NCBI GenBank assembly: GCA_043814095.1
Contig: JBDRKI010000036.1
Span: 32,001 to 96,000 of the forward strand
Direction: 5' to 3'
DNA from: Armatimonadota bacterium
Lineage (GTDB): Bacteria > Vulcanimicrobiota > JACPDS01 > JBDRKI01
DNA: 64,000 bases
The position numbers and the translations under genes are program-made. Shown here one piece after another: positions 27,923-37,661 of this stretch. The number at the start of each line of letters is the position of its first letter. Position 1 is the stretch's first letter. The notes below the pieces were generated by a model. It saw only the letters and a program-made list of their open reading frames with translations, was not told the DNA's origin and did not search any database.

Positions 27923-29359
27923 TTGCGGATTATGGCTTGTTTACTTGTTTTAATACCGTTAGCAGTTATAATACTTCTAAACCTGTTCTTTAGAAACGTG
28001 AAAAAACTCGGCCTTCTTATGGCGGCCCTGGTTTCTTTAGCGCAGATAGCTGCTGTTTTATTTGTAAGTCCGTATTTCTGGTTTGCAAAGAAGCTGTGCA
28101 TCTTCGGTAACAGTTCGATGTTTAATTTTAGTATAACAGGATTAAGTCTTGTTATGATGTTGGCCGCGGGTATAACCGCGTTTGCCGCGGTTATGGTCGG
28201 CATGTATACTATAAAAGATGAGGAACAGCAGTTCAGTTTTTCAAATCTTGTGATTCTCGCTGTTATAGGCATGAACGGGATTGTAATGGTTACTGATCTT
28301 TTCTCAATGTATGTATTTCTTGAGATAGTTGCGGTAACTTCATTTATCCTTATAGCCCTTAACAGGAATGTAGAGTCGCTTGAAGGCTCGTTTAAATACC
28401 TTGTTCTTTCGGCTATAGCCACAATATTGATGCTTGCGGGTATTGCACTGCTCTTCTTAATATCTGGCGGTACTTCATTTATAGCCGTAAAGCAGGCGTT
28501 GTATACGGGCGGTCTTAATAAGATGGCCGCGTTTGCCATATGTCTTTTCCTTGGCGGCTTGTTTATAAAGGGCGGGCTTGTCCCGTTCCACGGATGGCTG
28601 CCTGACGCGTATTCAAGCGCGCCGACATCAGTATCCGTGCTTTTAGCCGGTATAGTTACCAAGACAACGGGCATATATACTATTATAATATTGTTAACTT
28701 CGGTATTTGTCTTTAATAAACCGATACAGGATATACTTTTATTGATAGGTGCGGTCTCTGTTGTTTTTGGAGCCCTGGCCGCCATTACCCAGAAAGATTT
28801 CAAAAGAATGCTCGCGTATTCAAGCATAAGCCAGGTCGGCTATATAATTTTAAGTTTAGGAACAGGTACCGCGCTGGGATTTGCGGGTGCGGTATTCCAT
28901 ATGTTTAATCATGCTATATTTAAATCACAGCTGTTTGTAAATTCAGCGGCTGTTGAAGAGCAGGCAGGCACGGTAGATATAGATAAGATGGGCGGGTTCG
29001 GGCAGAAGATGCCCATTACCGGCTTTACATCCGTTATAGCCTGTCTTTCAACTGCGGGTATACCGCCTTTGGCCGGATTCTGGTCCAAGCTTGTTATAAT
29101 CCTTGCTTTATGGACTTCAGGCCATTTTTTCTATACCGCTGTCGCGGTTATAGCAAGTTTAATAACGCTTGGATATTTTCTGGTGCTCCAGAGGCATGTT
29201 TTTTTCGGGAAGCTCCGTGAAGGTTTTGAGAACTTAAAGGAAGCCCCCTACGGAATAGCTCTGGCTGCGCTTCTTCTTACGGGCATAACTATCGGGATAG
29301 GCGTACTTTTCCCGTTTGTTGTAAATACTATTATACTGCCGATAAGCAAAATAATGTAA
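27923..29359 (+). CDS. Membrane-bound hydrogenase antiporter-like subunit 3 (NuoN/MrpD-like)
   Basis: DLFSMYVFLE, EGSFKY, KGGLVPFHGWLPDAY, KRMLAYSSISQ, GIPPLAGFWSK; true start may be ATG 27932. Confidence 0.9.
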   Translation: MRIMACLLVLIPLAVIILLNLFFRNVKKLGLLMAALVSLAQIAAVLFVSPYFWFAKKLCIFGNSSMFNFSITGLSLVMMLAAGITAFAAVMVGMYTIKDEEQQFSFSNLVILAVIGMNGIVMVTDLFSMYVFLEIVAVTSFILIALNRNVESLEGSFKYLVLSAIATILMLAGIALLFLISGGTSFIAVKQALYTGGLNKMAAFAICLFLGGLFIKGGLVPFHGWLPDAYSSAPTSVSVLLAGIVTKTTGIYTIIILLTSVFVFNKPIQDILLLIGAVSVVFGALAAITQKDFKRMLAYSSISQVGYIILSLGTGTALGFAGAVFHMFNHAIFKSQLFVNSAAVEEQAGTVDIDKMGGFGQKMPITGFTSVIACLSTAGIPPLAGFWSKLVIILALWTSGHFFYTAVAVIASLITLGYFLVLQRHVFFGKLREGFENLKEAPYGIALAALLLTGITIGIGVLFPFVVNTIILPISKIM

Positions 29360-29399
29360 AGATTGAGCCTCGTTTAAAAAATACAAGGAGGTTGTTAAG

Positions 29400-29906
29400 G
29401 TGATAAATATAAACGGAATAAATATAGACGCACTGCTTCTGGTGCTTATGGTCCTGGCTTCACTCTGGGCCGTAATGGCAAGAAGCCTGCTCAAAGCTGC
29501 TATCGCTCTTGCGGTAGTAAGCGCTCTTTTAACAATTGTAATGTTCAGGCTTAATTCGCCTCTGGCGGGTGTGTTTGAGCTTTCTATCTGCGCCGGCCTT
29601 ATAACAGCGCTTTTTATAAGCGTTATAAGTTTGACAAACAGAACAACAGTTGCTGAGGAGATGGAGATTACAAAGAAGAGGATACGCAAATACTGGCTGC
29701 TGCCCGTGCTTGTGGTAGTCGCGGGATTTCTTCTTGTTATGGTAAAGATTCCCTTTGATTTCACGCTCCCGGCACCCGCGCTGGATACAAACGTAAAGCT
29801 TGTTTTCTGGAACCTGCGCCTTACCGATCTGCTCGGCCAGATAATAGCCCTGCTTGTCGGTGTTTTCGGCGTTGTAGTTCTTCTGAAGGAGGTAGTTAAG
29901 AAATGA
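29400..29906 (+). CDS. Hydrogenase membrane subunit, NuoJ-like
   Basis: Five hydrophobic segments, SLLKAAI.L, FELSICAGLITALF; position before the NuoK-like gene. Confidence 0.75.
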   Translation: MININGINIDALLLVLMVLASLWAVMARSLLKAAIALAVVSALLTIVMFRLNSPLAGVFELSICAGLITALFISVISLTNRTTVAEEMEITKKRIRKYWLLPVLVVVAGFLLVMVKIPFDFTLPAPALDTNVKLVFWNLRLTDLLGQIIALLVGVFGVVVLLKEVVKK

Positions 29907-30223
29907 ATTTTGAGATTTCATCCTTTTTCTGGTTTTTTAACATATCCGTCGTACTGCTGTTTATAGCAGGTTTTTACTGCATACTGGTAACTACCAACCT
30001 TATAAGGGTGCTTATAGGGCTTGAGCTTCTCACAAAAGGGGTAACCCTTTTGATTATACTTGTGGGTTTTGTTACCGGCCGCATGGCGTTTGCTCAGACT
30101 TTAGCCATAACGCTTATCATTATTGAAGTTGTTGTTATAGCGGTCGGCGCCGGTATTATTGTAAGCGTGTTTAATAAAAATGAATCCTTAGATGTCAGAA
30201 AATTAAGAAAACTGAAAGGTTAG
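29903..30223 (+). CDS. Hydrogenase membrane subunit, NuoK/MrpC-like
   Basis: NLIRVLIGLELL, IIIEVVV and terminal LRKLKG; three TM helices. Confidence 0.85.
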   Translation: MNFEISSFFWFFNISVVLLFIAGFYCILVTTNLIRVLIGLELLTKGVTLLIILVGFVTGRMAFAQTLAITLIIIEVVVIAVGAGIIVSVFNKNESLDVRKLRKLKG

Positions 30224-30232
30224 GAGGCAAAA

Positions 30233-30565
30233 TTGAATTATTTATTACTTTTACCGCCGGTAGCTTTTGTTGTAATACTAATATTCGTGGCCCTTCAGCT
30301 TTTTGTCTTCGGCAAATACGGAGTTAAAAGCAAAAATGACGCGCCGGGCAAGAGAAAAGTTTACGCGTGCGGCGAAGATGTTCCTGTACCCATGGTTAAT
30401 CCGGAGTACAGCCAGTTTTTCTCTTTCGCGTTCTTTTTTACCATTATGCACGTTGTAGCCCTTATGATAACGACATTTCCCGCGGGCAGTATTTCAATGC
30501 TCGCGTTCGCACTGTTTTATGTTGTAGGCGGGATAACCTGTTTATTCATTTTGTTCAGGAAATAA
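30233..30565 (+). CDS. Hydrogenase membrane subunit, NuoA-like
   Basis: Three TM helices with loop K..YACGE and FFSFAFFF. Confidence 0.75.
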   Translation: MNYLLLLPPVAFVVILIFVALQLFVFGKYGVKSKNDAPGKRKVYACGEDVPVPMVNPEYSQFFSFAFFFTIMHVVALMITTFPAGSISMLAFALFYVVGGITCLFILFRK

Positions 30566-30586
30566 TCAAACGGAGGTAGACACAAG

Positions 30587-31027
30587 ATGGATCCTATTAC
30601 TAAATTAGTTAACTGGGGAAGAGTAAAATCCCCGTGGATAATACATTTTAACGGAGGGAGCTGTAACGGCTGTGATATAGAAGTGGTCGCGGCTTTAACG
30701 CCCAGATATGATGTTGAAAGATTCGGCATTCTTTTAAAAGGCAGTCCAAGGCAAGCCGATGTTCTGGTCTGCACGGGCGCTGTTACAAAACAGATAAAAG
30801 ACAGACTGGTAAGGATATATGAACAGATGGCAGAGCCTAAATTCGTGGTAGCCATCGGCGCTTGCGCGTGTTCGGGCGGTGTTTTTAAGGGGTGTTACTG
30901 CGTTGAAGGCGGGATTGATTCCGTGATACCCGTTAATGCCTATATACCGGGCTGTGCGGCTAATCCGGAAGCCATAATTGACGGAGTAGTCAAACTTCTG
31001 GGAACGCTCGCGCCCGCTAAAAAGTAA
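30587..31027 (+). CDS. [NiFe] hydrogenase small subunit (NuoB/EchC-like)
   Basis: SCNGCDIE, PRQADVL, AIGACACSGG and YIPGC supply the four 4Fe-4S ligands. Confidence 0.93.
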   Translation: MDPITKLVNWGRVKSPWIIHFNGGSCNGCDIEVVAALTPRYDVERFGILLKGSPRQADVLVCTGAVTKQIKDRLVRIYEQMAEPKFVVAIGACACSGGVFKGCYCVEGGIDSVIPVNAYIPGCAANPEAIIDGVVKLLGTLAPAKK

Positions 31028-31044
31028 TTTGGAGGAAAAGTTTT

Positions 31045-31527
31045 ATGTCAAAAGCTGAAAATTATAAAAATGAGCTGGAAAAAAAGTTTGATTATCTTAA
31101 AGACAAAATAGATATTAAAAGCGAGAACCGCATATTTACAAATTACCTTCCGGAAGAGCAGTTTAGGCCCGTACTTGAATATCTCGCAAAAGAAAAAGGT
31201 TTCTGGCAGATATGCACGATAAGCGGCATGGAAGAAGAAGATTTTTACGGAGCTATTTACCATCTTTCACATGAAGACGGCACTGTTTTAAGCTTAAAGC
31301 TGCGCACAAAAGACAAAAAGAATATAACCATAAAGACCGTTACAGAGTTTTATGCCGGCGCGGAGCTTTATGAGAGAGAATTAGTTGATATGTTCGGCAT
31401 AAAAGTAGAAGGACTGCCGGAAGGCAACCGTTATCCTCTGCCTGACGGCTGGCCGGATGGTGTGCATCCTCTTAGAAAAGATTATATAGTTGAAAATGAT
31501 TTAGGCAAGAAAGAAGAGGTGAAATAA
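31045..31527 (+). CDS. Hydrogenase subunit, NuoC/EchD-like
   Basis: YERELVDMFGI.VEG and LPDGWP...HPLRKD motifs. Confidence 0.9.
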   Translation: MSKAENYKNELEKKFDYLKDKIDIKSENRIFTNYLPEEQFRPVLEYLAKEKGFWQICTISGMEEEDFYGAIYHLSHEDGTVLSLKLRTKDKKNITIKTVTEFYAGAELYERELVDMFGIKVEGLPEGNRYPLPDGWPDGVHPLRKDYIVENDLGKKEEVK

Positions 31528-31528
31528 T

Positions 31529-32752
31529 ATGGGTAAAATTACCATACCTATAGGACCCCAGCACCCGGCGCTTAAAGAACCTATGTGTCTAAGCGTTGTT
31601 CTTGACGGTGAAAGAATATTCAGCACCGGTTTGCGGCTTGGCTACAACCACAGAGGTGTTGAAAAAGCATGTGAATTAAGAACATATATTCAGGATATAT
31701 ATATACTTGAACGTATCTGCGGTATATGTTCGCATGTTCATGCCACAACATTTGCCCAGACGGTTGAAGCTATCGCAGGATTGGATGTTCCAAAACGCGC
31801 TCTATATATGAGAACTATTATAGGGGAGCTTGAAAGAGTTCACAGCCATCTTCTTTGGCTTGGTGTTGCAGGACATGAACTGGGTTTTGACACCCTTTTA
31901 ATGTATACATGGCGCGACCGTGAAGTAGTAATGGATCTTTTAAATCTTCTTACAGGCAACCGTGTTAATTACGGTATTAATACAATAGGCGGTGTAAGGC
32001 GCGATATTACGCCCGAACAGATCCAGGAGACCTTAAAAGGCATAGATATACTGGAAGAAAGAACAAAATATTATGTTCAGGTTGCAACTGAAGAAGTAAC
32101 TCTCATAAAGAGACTTGCAAATGTCGGTATGATATCCCATGAAGACGCGAAAAGGCTCGGCGCAGTAGGGCCTACAGCCAGGGCATCCGGTGTTAATGTG
32201 GATGTAAGGGCAAATGATCCTTACGCGGCATACGCGGAGATGGATTTCAAGGTCATTACCGATAACCATAATGATGTTTTCGGCAGGGCTGTTGTAAGGG
32301 TATTAGAGCTTATGGAAAGCTATAAAATATTAAGACAGGCTCTTAAGAATCTTCCCGAAGGCCCGATAACCGTAAAAGCCCCGAGAAAGATACCCGAAGG
32401 AGAGAATTTCTCAAGATATGAAGCCCCGAGAGGTGAGGCTGTTCATTATGTAAAATCCAACGGCACTGAAAAGCCTTACAGGGTAAAAGTAAGGGCCCCA
32501 ACCCTTGCCAACTGGGCTGCCACGTTAAAGATGCTTGAGAACAGCTATCTTGCCGATGTGCCGATTATCGTGGCGGCAATAGATCCCTGCTTCTCATGTA
32601 CCGACAGAAGCATAATAGTAAAAGATAAGCATAACAGCGGCTTTAACATGAACAAAGCCCAGCTCAGAGAATATTCCATAAACTGGTATAAACAGCAGGG
32701 AATAGATTTTACTGAATTAAATAATAAACTTTTAAAGAAGCTTGAAGCATAG
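31529..32752 (+). CDS. Group 4 [NiFe] hydrogenase large subunit
   Basis: GPQHP, L1 motif ERICGICSHVH and L2 motif DPCFSCTDR, followed by a cleavable C-terminal extension. Confidence 0.95.
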   Translation: MGKITIPIGPQHPALKEPMCLSVVLDGERIFSTGLRLGYNHRGVEKACELRTYIQDIYILERICGICSHVHATTFAQTVEAIAGLDVPKRALYMRTIIGELERVHSHLLWLGVAGHELGFDTLLMYTWRDREVVMDLLNLLTGNRVNYGINTIGGVRRDITPEQIQETLKGIDILEERTKYYVQVATEEVTLIKRLANVGMISHEDAKRLGAVGPTARASGVNVDVRANDPYAAYAEMDFKVITDNHNDVFGRAVVRVLELMESYKILRQALKNLPEGPITVKAPRKIPEGENFSRYEAPRGEAVHYVKSNGTEKPYRVKVRAPTLANWAATLKMLENSYLADVPIIVAAIDPCFSCTDRSIIVKDKHNSGFNMNKAQLREYSINWYKQQGIDFTELNNKLLKKLEA

Positions 32753-32776
32753 ATTAAAATAAAGGGGTGAACAAAA

Positions 32777-33718
32777 GTGATACTTAAAGAACTTTTTTAC
32801 ATCATAATCTTCCCCGGGTTTCTGTTTCTCGGTATATTCGGCCTTATAGGCGAATTTATTGACAGAAAACTTTATGCAAGATTCCAGAACAGGTGGGGTC
32901 CTCCGTGGTTCCAGCCTATAGCTGATTTCTTTAAATTAATAGGGAAAGAAGAGATTATACCCGAGGGAGCCGATAAGGGCATGTTTAAATTTATGCCTGT
33001 GCTTGCTCTTACAGCCACTATTACGGCGTTTTTATACATTCCTTTATGGAGCACGAACGCGCTGTATTCCTTTTACGGGGATGTAATCGTTGTGCTGTAT
33101 CTTCTTACCATACCGACCCTTACCTTCTTCTTAGCAGGCTGGTATTCAAGTTCTCCTTATTCAATGGTCGGCGCGGTAAGAACAATAACACAGCTTTTTG
33201 CTTATGAAGTGCCGCTTTTCCTGGCGGTTCTTTCACCGGCTCTTCTTGCGGGCAGCTGGAATCTTTCGGAGATAGCCTGTTTTTACAGCTCTTACCCGTG
33301 GCTTTTCGCCGTTAACCTTATAGGGTTTATGGTTGCTTTAATAGCCACGCTCGGCAAGCTTGAAAAGGTTCCGTTTGATATACCCGAAGCCGAAACCGAA
33401 ATTGTAGCAGGTACTTTTACCGAGTATACGGGCAGGCTTTTCGCGTTCTTCAGGATGGCGATAGATATTGAAACAATAGTCGTGGCGTCCCTGATAGCGG
33501 TAGTTTTCCTCCCGTTCGGCCTGACAATAGGGCCTATATGGGGATTTGTGCTGTATGTGGTCAAGGTACTCTTTGTGATATTTATTCTTGCTCTTTTAAG
33601 AACTCTTTTTGCAAGGCTCAGAATTGATCAGATGGTTGATTTCTGCTGGAGATGGCTGGCTCCTGCCGCGTTCCTCCAGCTTATAATATGCCTTATACTT
33701 AAAGCTTATATATTCTAA
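32777..33718 (+). CDS. Hydrogenase membrane anchor subunit, NuoH/EchB-like
   Basis: DRKLYARFQNRWGPP.FQPIADFFKL.GKE, PFDIPEAETEIVAG..TEY and RLRIDQ motifs. Confidence 0.93.
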   Translation: MILKELFYIIIFPGFLFLGIFGLIGEFIDRKLYARFQNRWGPPWFQPIADFFKLIGKEEIIPEGADKGMFKFMPVLALTATITAFLYIPLWSTNALYSFYGDVIVVLYLLTIPTLTFFLAGWYSSSPYSMVGAVRTITQLFAYEVPLFLAVLSPALLAGSWNLSEIACFYSSYPWLFAVNLIGFMVALIATLGKLEKVPFDIPEAETEIVAGTFTEYTGRLFAFFRMAIDIETIVVASLIAVVFLPFGLTIGPIWGFVLYVVKVLFVIFILALLRTLFARLRIDQMVDFCWRWLAPAAFLQLIICLILKAYIF

Positions 33719-33729
33719 TATAACGGGAG

Positions 33730-34092
33730 ATGATTATGCAAAAACCGGGTGTAATGTTAAAAGAACTTTTAAGCCATGTAGGCAAAAAGCCGGCAACCGT
33801 ACTGTATCCTTTTGTAAAAGTAGAGATGCCTCCTAAATTCAGGGGCAAGCTTAAATTTCACTCTGAGAACTGCATCGGGTGTAATATCTGTATGAGAGAC
33901 TGTCCCGCTAATGCAATAAAAATAATAAAAATAGAGGATAAAAAGTTCAAAGCCCAGATAGAATTGGGGCAGTGCATATACTGTGGGCAGTGTGTTGATT
34001 CATGCCCCAAAAACGCGCTCAGCATGACTGATGAGTTTGAGCTTGCTCAGATTGATCCTCAGAGGATGACGGTGGTTGAGGGTGCAGAATAA
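33730..34092 (+). CDS. Hydrogenase 2x[4Fe-4S] subunit, NuoI/EchF-like
   Basis: ATVLYPF..FRG, CIGCNICMRDCP and CIYCGQCVDSCP. Confidence 0.93.
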   Translation: MIMQKPGVMLKELLSHVGKKPATVLYPFVKVEMPPKFRGKLKFHSENCIGCNICMRDCPANAIKIIKIEDKKFKAQIELGQCIYCGQCVDSCPKNALSMTDEFELAQIDPQRMTVVEGAE

Positions 34093-34561
34093 ATTAAAAG
34101 AAAAACTTAAAGGCTCGAAAAAAATCGTAGTTTTAGTCCTTGGCTCAGATCTTCGCGGCGATGATGAAGCCGGGATACTTGTTGGGAAAGAGCTGGAAAA
34201 AAAGATAGATGCTTCTAAAGTTCAGGTGCTGTACGGGTTTACAGCACCTGAAAATTTTACGGGGCAGATTAAAAAGATTAATCCTACCCATATCATAATG
34301 GTTGACGCGGCTCAGATGGATAAGTCTCCCGGGGATGTAGATATTATTGAAAAAGACAGTATAGACTGCATAACCTTCTCAACCCATTCACTTCCCATAA
34401 AGATAATGGTTGATTATATGAAAGAATCAATTGATGCTGAAAGCGTAATTATCGGCATTGAACCCAAAGATATGGGTTTTGATAAGAAAGTCTCTCCGGA
34501 AATTAAAAAAGCCGTGAAAAAGACCGCGAAAATTATATTAGATGTCGTAAAAGATAAATAA
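34076..34561 (+). CDS. hycI: Hydrogenase maturation endopeptidase, HycI type
   Basis: GSDLRGDDEAG, APENF, VDAA and STHSLP motifs; start may be GTG 34082. Confidence 0.88.
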   Translation: MRVQNKLKEKLKGSKKIVVLVLGSDLRGDDEAGILVGKELEKKIDASKVQVLYGFTAPENFTGQIKKINPTHIIMVDAAQMDKSPGDVDIIEKDSIDCITFSTHSLPIKIMVDYMKESIDAESVIIGIEPKDMGFDKKVSPEIKKAVKKTAKIILDVVKDK

Positions 34562-34583
34562 TTATACAAAAGAATAACACAGC

Positions 34584-34615
34584 AAAAGAAATCCTTAGAA
34601 ATAAGGATTTCTTTT
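34584..34615 (+). terminator. Intrinsic terminator of the hydrogenase operon
   Basis: AAAAGAAATCCTTA-GAAA-TAAGGATTTCTTTT perfect hairpin. Confidence 0.85.
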
Positions 34616-34708
34616 ATTATAAAGGGTTATTTTCATTTATTATCAAATTATTATACAGATAAATAGCCCCGCGTAATAAAACATATCATTAAAAGAGGAG
34701 TCGTAATT

Positions 34709-36766
34709 ATGAAAAGACTAACCGTTTTGTTTTTACTGTTTGTTTTTTGTCTGTCTTTTGCGGTTGTATATGCCGGTGATGCGCAGGATAAACCGGAAAG
34801 GAAGTATGTACTTGAAAGAGTAAAATGCGGTCCGAAAGATTTTGCGGTTGTTCAGGTTTACGCTGATAATTTTGAGGAGCTTTCTTTACCTGATAAACTG
34901 CAGGTTTATTATCTTACAAAAGCCGCGGAAGCGGGAAGCGATATATGGTTTGATCAAAACCACAGGAACGCCTTAGAAATAAAACGAGTTCTGGAAGAGA
35001 TTATTACTCATCCCGAAGGTATAAATAAAGATGTTCTGGAAAAAATATTTAACTACGCCAAAATTTTCTGGGCTGAAGGCGGGAATTACGGCGAAAGGGA
35101 CAAATTAAAATTTATTCCGGAATTTACTTATGACGAACTTCTTGCCGCCGCAAAGACGGCTCAGAAAAACGGCGCTGATTTCGGTGTGACGGGAAAAAAA
35201 TCGCTTGAAGAACAGTTAAACGCGCTTAACAGGGTGATTTTTGACATTAATTACGAACCGCTAAGCGTCTGCAAGGATTCTTCAAAAGATATCGTGGGTG
35301 AAAGCGCGGTTAATTTTTATTCAAAAGACATAGCAGCTAAGGATTTGGAAAATTTTAAGGAAAATAATCAGCTGAATGCATTAGTTTTAAAAGAAAACGG
35401 TGTTTTAGTTGAAAAAGTTTATAAGATAGGCGGTGTATATTCCGATTATCTTAAAGGGATAAATCAGAACCTCGGTAATGCGAAAAGCGTAATCCCGCCA
35501 GATAACATTACGGGGCAGGATCAGATTAAAACCATAGAAAAACTGGCGGAGTTTTTTACTTCCGGAAACATTAAGGATTTTGAAGAGTATAATATTCAGT
35601 GGGTAAAAACAAAAGGCATGGTTGACTGCATACTGGGATTTATAGAGAGTTATAAAGATCCGCGCGGCGTTAAAGCAACGTTTGAGGGCTGTGTTTTTTA
35701 TACTGATTTTGAAAATACCCGCCTTATGAATTTAATAGGGGAAAATGTTAAATATTTTGAAGAAAGAATGCCGTGGGAAGATAAATACAAAAGAACAAAT
35801 TTTGGTACCGCGCCGGTAGCCAATTCGGTTATGGTTGCCATGGGTACGGGGGACGCGGGAACTCAAGCTCCCGTCGGCATAAACCTGCCCAATGACGAGC
35901 AGATAAGACAGAGTTACGGTACAAAGAGCGTTTCTTTATATAATATTATGGAATCTATACGCAAAGTTTCCGGTGATAAAGTTAAGAAAGAATTCTACAT
36001 GCCGGAAGTTTTCGATCTGGTAAAAGAATACGGCGACAAATCAGTGGATATGGAGATCGCGCTTCATGAAGTATGCGGGCATGCTTCGGGTAAAACCACG
36101 GTTAAAGACCCGGACAACTGCCTGAAAGAATACGCCCGCGCTTGGGAAGAAGGAAGAGCCGAACTTGTTGCCCTGTGGCATTTAACCGACCCGTTGTTTT
36201 ATGAAAATAAAATATGTTCTAAAGAAGATCTGGAAAAAATAGGAAAAGCGGGCTATACAGGTTATGTAACGGGCGACTTTGTTAATTTAAGGAGAATACC
36301 GGGTCCCGTGATCCAGGATGATCATATGAGAGCTGCCCATTTTATAACAACTTATCTCATAGAAGAAGCAAAAGTTGTAAAGCCGGTTGAGATAGACGGT
36401 AAGATATATATGACGGTTCCCGATACCGCAAAGATGCGCGAAGCGGTCGGCCGGCTTTTAAGCATAGTTATGGAAGTAAAGGCCAACGGCGATTATGAAA
36501 AAGCCAAAGAGATGATGAACAGGTATGGCGTAAAAGTAAATACGGACTGGCAGAAGCAGGTTAATGAAAGATACGTGAAACTGGATCTGCCCATGTACAG
36601 GGCGCTTGTTTACCCGCAATACGGTCTTGTTGAAGATGACAGTGGTGAAGTTATTGACGTGGCGGTTGAATATAATGAAGGATTAACCGCCCAGCAACTG
36701 CGGCTTTCCGGTTATTCCGAGGAAGAGATATACAATGCCCTTGAAGCGGAAAAAACACTGCGGTAA
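34709..36766 (+). CDS. Exported dipeptidyl-peptidase III family zinc peptidase (M49)
   Basis: Signal peptide; GFIESYKDPRG, GINLPND, HEVCGH (HExxGH) and EEGRAE motifs. Confidence 0.9.
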   Translation: MKRLTVLFLLFVFCLSFAVVYAGDAQDKPERKYVLERVKCGPKDFAVVQVYADNFEELSLPDKLQVYYLTKAAEAGSDIWFDQNHRNALEIKRVLEEIITHPEGINKDVLEKIFNYAKIFWAEGGNYGERDKLKFIPEFTYDELLAAAKTAQKNGADFGVTGKKSLEEQLNALNRVIFDINYEPLSVCKDSSKDIVGESAVNFYSKDIAAKDLENFKENNQLNALVLKENGVLVEKVYKIGGVYSDYLKGINQNLGNAKSVIPPDNITGQDQIKTIEKLAEFFTSGNIKDFEEYNIQWVKTKGMVDCILGFIESYKDPRGVKATFEGCVFYTDFENTRLMNLIGENVKYFEERMPWEDKYKRTNFGTAPVANSVMVAMGTGDAGTQAPVGINLPNDEQIRQSYGTKSVSLYNIMESIRKVSGDKVKKEFYMPEVFDLVKEYGDKSVDMEIALHEVCGHASGKTTVKDPDNCLKEYARAWEEGRAELVALWHLTDPLFYENKICSKEDLEKIGKAGYTGYVTGDFVNLRRIPGPVIQDDHMRAAHFITTYLIEEAKVVKPVEIDGKIYMTVPDTAKMREAVGRLLSIVMEVKANGDYEKAKEMMNRYGVKVNTDWQKQVNERYVKLDLPMYRALVYPQYGLVEDDSGEVIDVAVEYNEGLTAQQLRLSGYSEEEIYNALEAEKTLR

Positions 36767-36797
36767 TAAAGTAAACCCGGAATTATGAGGACAGATT

Positions 36798-37478
36798 ATG
36801 CTTTTTTTACCTATAAGGGATGAAGGAAACCGTCCCGGAGCGCATCTTCTGGTTATTAAAATATTAATTGCGGTTAATGTCGCCGTATTTCTGCTTGAAA
36901 TCGTTTTAATGTCAACCGATACTCTTTCTGATTTTATTCTCAACTTCGGTTTTATCCCATCAAGATTTTACTATATATGGACCGCTGTAACTTCCACTTT
37001 TATTCACGGCGGTTTTTTTCATCTAGCAGGGAACATGCTTTTTTTATGGATTTTCGGAGATAATATAGAAGATCTTCTGGGGAATATAAATTTTGCGTGG
37101 TTTTACCTTCTCTGCGGGTTCTCCGCTAACTTTGTTGATATGCTCTTTAGGTTCGGGTCAAATATACCCGCGATAGGGGCAAGCGGCGCCATATCAGGGC
37201 TTTTAGGGGCATATATAAGGTATTTTCCCAAGAATAAAATCGTTACATTCTACTTTTTTATTTTCAGGGTAGGCACTTTTAAAATAGATGCTCTCTGGTA
37301 TCTGGCTTTCTGGTTCGGCGGCCAGCTGTTTTATTCGCTATTTGGTTCGGATGCCATGGGAATCGCTTACGGCGCTCATATAGGCGGCTTTATAATAGGC
37401 TATTTTGCGGCAGGATTTTTTCCCCACAACAAAGATGTTATTGATCATCACAAGGAGATAGCGAAAAGATGGCGGTGA
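36798..37478 (+). CDS. Rhomboid-family intramembrane serine protease
   Basis: FIHGG..HLAGNMLFLWIFGDNIE, GASGA and AHIGG motifs. Confidence 0.93.
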   Translation: MLFLPIRDEGNRPGAHLLVIKILIAVNVAVFLLEIVLMSTDTLSDFILNFGFIPSRFYYIWTAVTSTFIHGGFFHLAGNMLFLWIFGDNIEDLLGNINFAWFYLLCGFSANFVDMLFRFGSNIPAIGASGAISGLLGAYIRYFPKNKIVTFYFFIFRVGTFKIDALWYLAFWFGGQLFYSLFGSDAMGIAYGAHIGGFIIGYFAAGFFPHNKDVIDHHKEIAKRWR

Positions 37479-37567
37479 GGATATTACCACAGATTATATA
37501 ATTATCGGCATTAAACTCCAGTCGAGCCCCAAAAAACATTATAAATAAGTAGCTTTTATCAATAAAA

Positions 37568-37608
37568 TGTTAACAAATTGTTAACATTTTTGTAACATTC
37601 TGGCAATA
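37568..37608 (+). promoter_or_regulatory. Array of four TGTTAACA-like boxes at 11-bp spacing
   Basis: TGTTAACA 37568, TGTTAACA 37579, TTGTAACA 37590, TGGCAATA 37601; extended -10 TGTTATAGT at 37615-37623. Confidence 0.65.
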
Positions 37609-37661
37609 TAATTATGTTATAGTTTAGATAAGAAAATATGACACAAAATGGAGAGTATATT

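Noticed and set aside
24627-34092. NADH dehydrogenase (complex I) or Ni-free Mbx/Ehr complex
   Set aside because: The large subunit keeps both CxxC nickel motifs, a HycI protease is in the operon, and NuoEFG are absent
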